DNA of 51,013 nt, counting the filler, from Catajapyx aquilonaris (Eukaryota): NCBI GenBank assembly GCA_000934665.2. It is 2 parts of 2 records of this genome, joined end to end, with 100 filler letters (N's around TTAATTAATTAA, not from the genome) between each part and the next. Parts side by side here need not be neighbours in the genome. Positions count along the whole stretch, not along the records: positions 25,535 to 51,013 come from JYFJ02005365.1; 1 more part is not named here. One strand, 5' to 3'. A program made the position numbers and the translations under genes. The notes beneath the pieces were generated by a model that was given only the letters and a program-made list of their open reading frames with translations, was not told the DNA's origin and ran no database searches. Below are positions 49,140 to 51,013 of this stretch, one piece after another; position 1 is the stretch's first letter; every line of letters begins with the position of its first letter.

Positions 49140-50065
49140 GACACTGCGGCCAAATCCGCGACCAGAAACGGCCATGTGGAGGAGGCCCTGCCCCCATCAT
49201 CCACAGAGGTCAAAAGCCTGGCCCTGAAAGAACTGTCCAGTGCATGGCAGGATGACTGGAGCAAATCCTCTAAGGGCCGTTTCCGATACAATCTGCGGAA
49301 GCGAATCGCACCCTCGCAGCCAATGCACCTAAATCGTACAGCTGAGTGTGCCATCACAAGGCTGAGGTTGGGCCATGCGGGGACCATAGACCACCTATAC
49401 CGTTTTGGCCTGGATGGTGTGACGAGCCCGGAGTGCAGATGCGGAGACAGGGCGGACGTAGAGCACATACTGCTTCACTGCAGATTTCACAGGAGGGAGA
49501 GACGCAGCTTGGAGGCGGAAATCGGATTCCGGCCTGAAAGCATTGCACAGCCTCTACTCCCTGAAGGCCCAGCAAGCAGACAGAGGAAGGTGCTGCAGAG
49601 GCTGGCCATATATCTGCTCAGGACAGGACACCTCACCCGTCTCTGAGTAGCCCATCGTCACCCACCTCCCATCATCACCTCACCGTCATAGTCACTTCAT
49701 CGTCATAATCATTCCACCGCCACAATCACCCCACAGTCACAGTCACTTCACCATCATAGTCACCCTAGGCTACTGTCATAGTCACAACACCTCATGCGCA
49801 TCGACACGAAGGGCTTGCCCGACCATCGACGTATGTAGGCACCTGGTCGAACCAGCTGACACGGTTGGCTTGCCCAGCGATCGGCTGGGGAGAACAGCGC
49901 CCTCATCACCCGTCCCCGTCCAACCCCTTCCAACCCACATCATCCTTATCCTATCCAGCCCCACCGGCTAAGGAGGGTCAATAACACTCCTGGCCCCTGG
50001 CTGCCAAGGCTCAATGCGAAAGAGCCATACAAGCCAGGCATTTCCCTTAAAACCAACCAACCAAA
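49140..50065 (+). mobile_element. 5'-truncated non-LTR retrotransposon (I-group-like) 3' end
   Basis: AWQDDWSKSSKGR...AITRLRLGH...CRCGDRADVEHILLHC (C-terminal CCHC of LINE ORF2), then a 3' UTR with CACAGT/CAT repeats and a (CCAA)n tail. Confidence 0.8.
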
Positions 50066-50401
50066 AAGTTGGATGGAATAAAACAACTGAGGCCGAGGTG
50101 GAAGCAGTATCAGGATGGGGGTTAGCCAAGTATGTGACTGTGTGGGGGTGCCGCGGTGGTGTGGCTGCGCGCGCCGGTGTTCCCCCCCCCCCCCATCCTG
50201 ATGTTCCTCCCACCGGGAGTTGTTGTATACTCTGGAGTGAGGGAAAAAGGGCAGTTGGTGGCCGGGCTCGGTGGGAGCCGGTCCTTATTGTATTTGACTG
50301 AGTGAAAATACATTGTGGTCCTGAATTTCTGGATCTATCCTTGTAGATAGAACCCCTTTTCAGAGAGCTAGTTGGGCCAGGCTCAGGCAAGAGTCTGATG
50401 A

Positions 50402-51013
50402 TGGCGCCCAGCGTGGATTTTTCCGGGTAAAGATTACCCGGAGATCCGGAGATTTGGGAAGGTAGGTTGTGACCCATAACTGCTCGCAGGATGGCGGGCG
50501 GACATGGGCAGAATGTTGGTGAGGAGTCAACTGAGGCCCAGTTGGCTAGTAAGGAGACACAGTCTGAGAGGGATGGAGTTCATTCCCAGGATGGTGTTGT
50601 TGGTACCGGATTGGCCGCGGCTGATCCGGACCAAGAAATGCGGGTGCTGCTCGGTGTAAATGCCGATGCAGATCCGGCTGCGTTGCTTGCGGCATTAAAG
50701 GCCAAGTTACTGGGGAGTACGGTGACTGGTCTAGGCAGTGATGGCGGTCCTGGGGGTTCTCCCCAGGGTGTGCTAGAGCAGGGCGGGAATGATGGGCAGG
50801 CACCTATCAATCCGCCGGGGCAGGGCTCGACGCAAGGTGTCGGGTTGCCTGCAGGCCAGGTGGCTGCACCAGCAGTAAATGCAGTTGTCACTCCGGTGCA
50901 AGTAGCAACCGGGGTGGAAAAAAAGTTGCCGGTGCGCGCAGCACCTGAACTTTTTTTTGATGGAACAACGGCCAAATCGGCTTTTGTTTTTCTACAGGAA
51001 ATCGACAGATACT
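50402..51013 (+). mobile_element. 5' part of another Ty3/gypsy element: PBS-like site and gag ORF from 50491, open to the window end
   Basis: TGGCGCCCAGCGTGG resembles a tRNA-Lys(CUU) PBS (TGGCGCCCAACGTGG). The ORF MAGGHGQ...PELFFDGTTAKSAFVFLQEIDRY is gag-capsid-like. Confidence 0.65.

Overview
Eukaryotic, arthropod-like genomic window in two halves, joined by an N-gap that contains an artificial-looking TTAATTAATTAA linker (25433-25534). The left half (1-25.4 kb) is genic with short introns. It holds the 3' end of DNA-PKcs (+), a tandem pair of six-exon genes for a secreted 12-Cys protein (-), a pyruvate kinase (+) and the 3' part of Nup93 (-), interspersed with MITEs, tRNA-derived SINEs and Helitron ends. 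The right half (25.5-51 kb) is almost all transposon-derived. It contains a decayed Ty3/gypsy element, short piggyBac, Sola1, pogo, MADF, gag and LINE coding fragments, two copies of an unclassified ~420-bp insert, and an intact Transib (RAG1-core-like) transposon with RSS-like TIRs and a 5-bp TSD inserted into a LINE ORF1. Every TE coding piece I recognise in the right half is on the + strand, which suggests a uni-strand piRNA-cluster-like TE archive (inference). Family assignments come from motif recognition by eye, not database searches.
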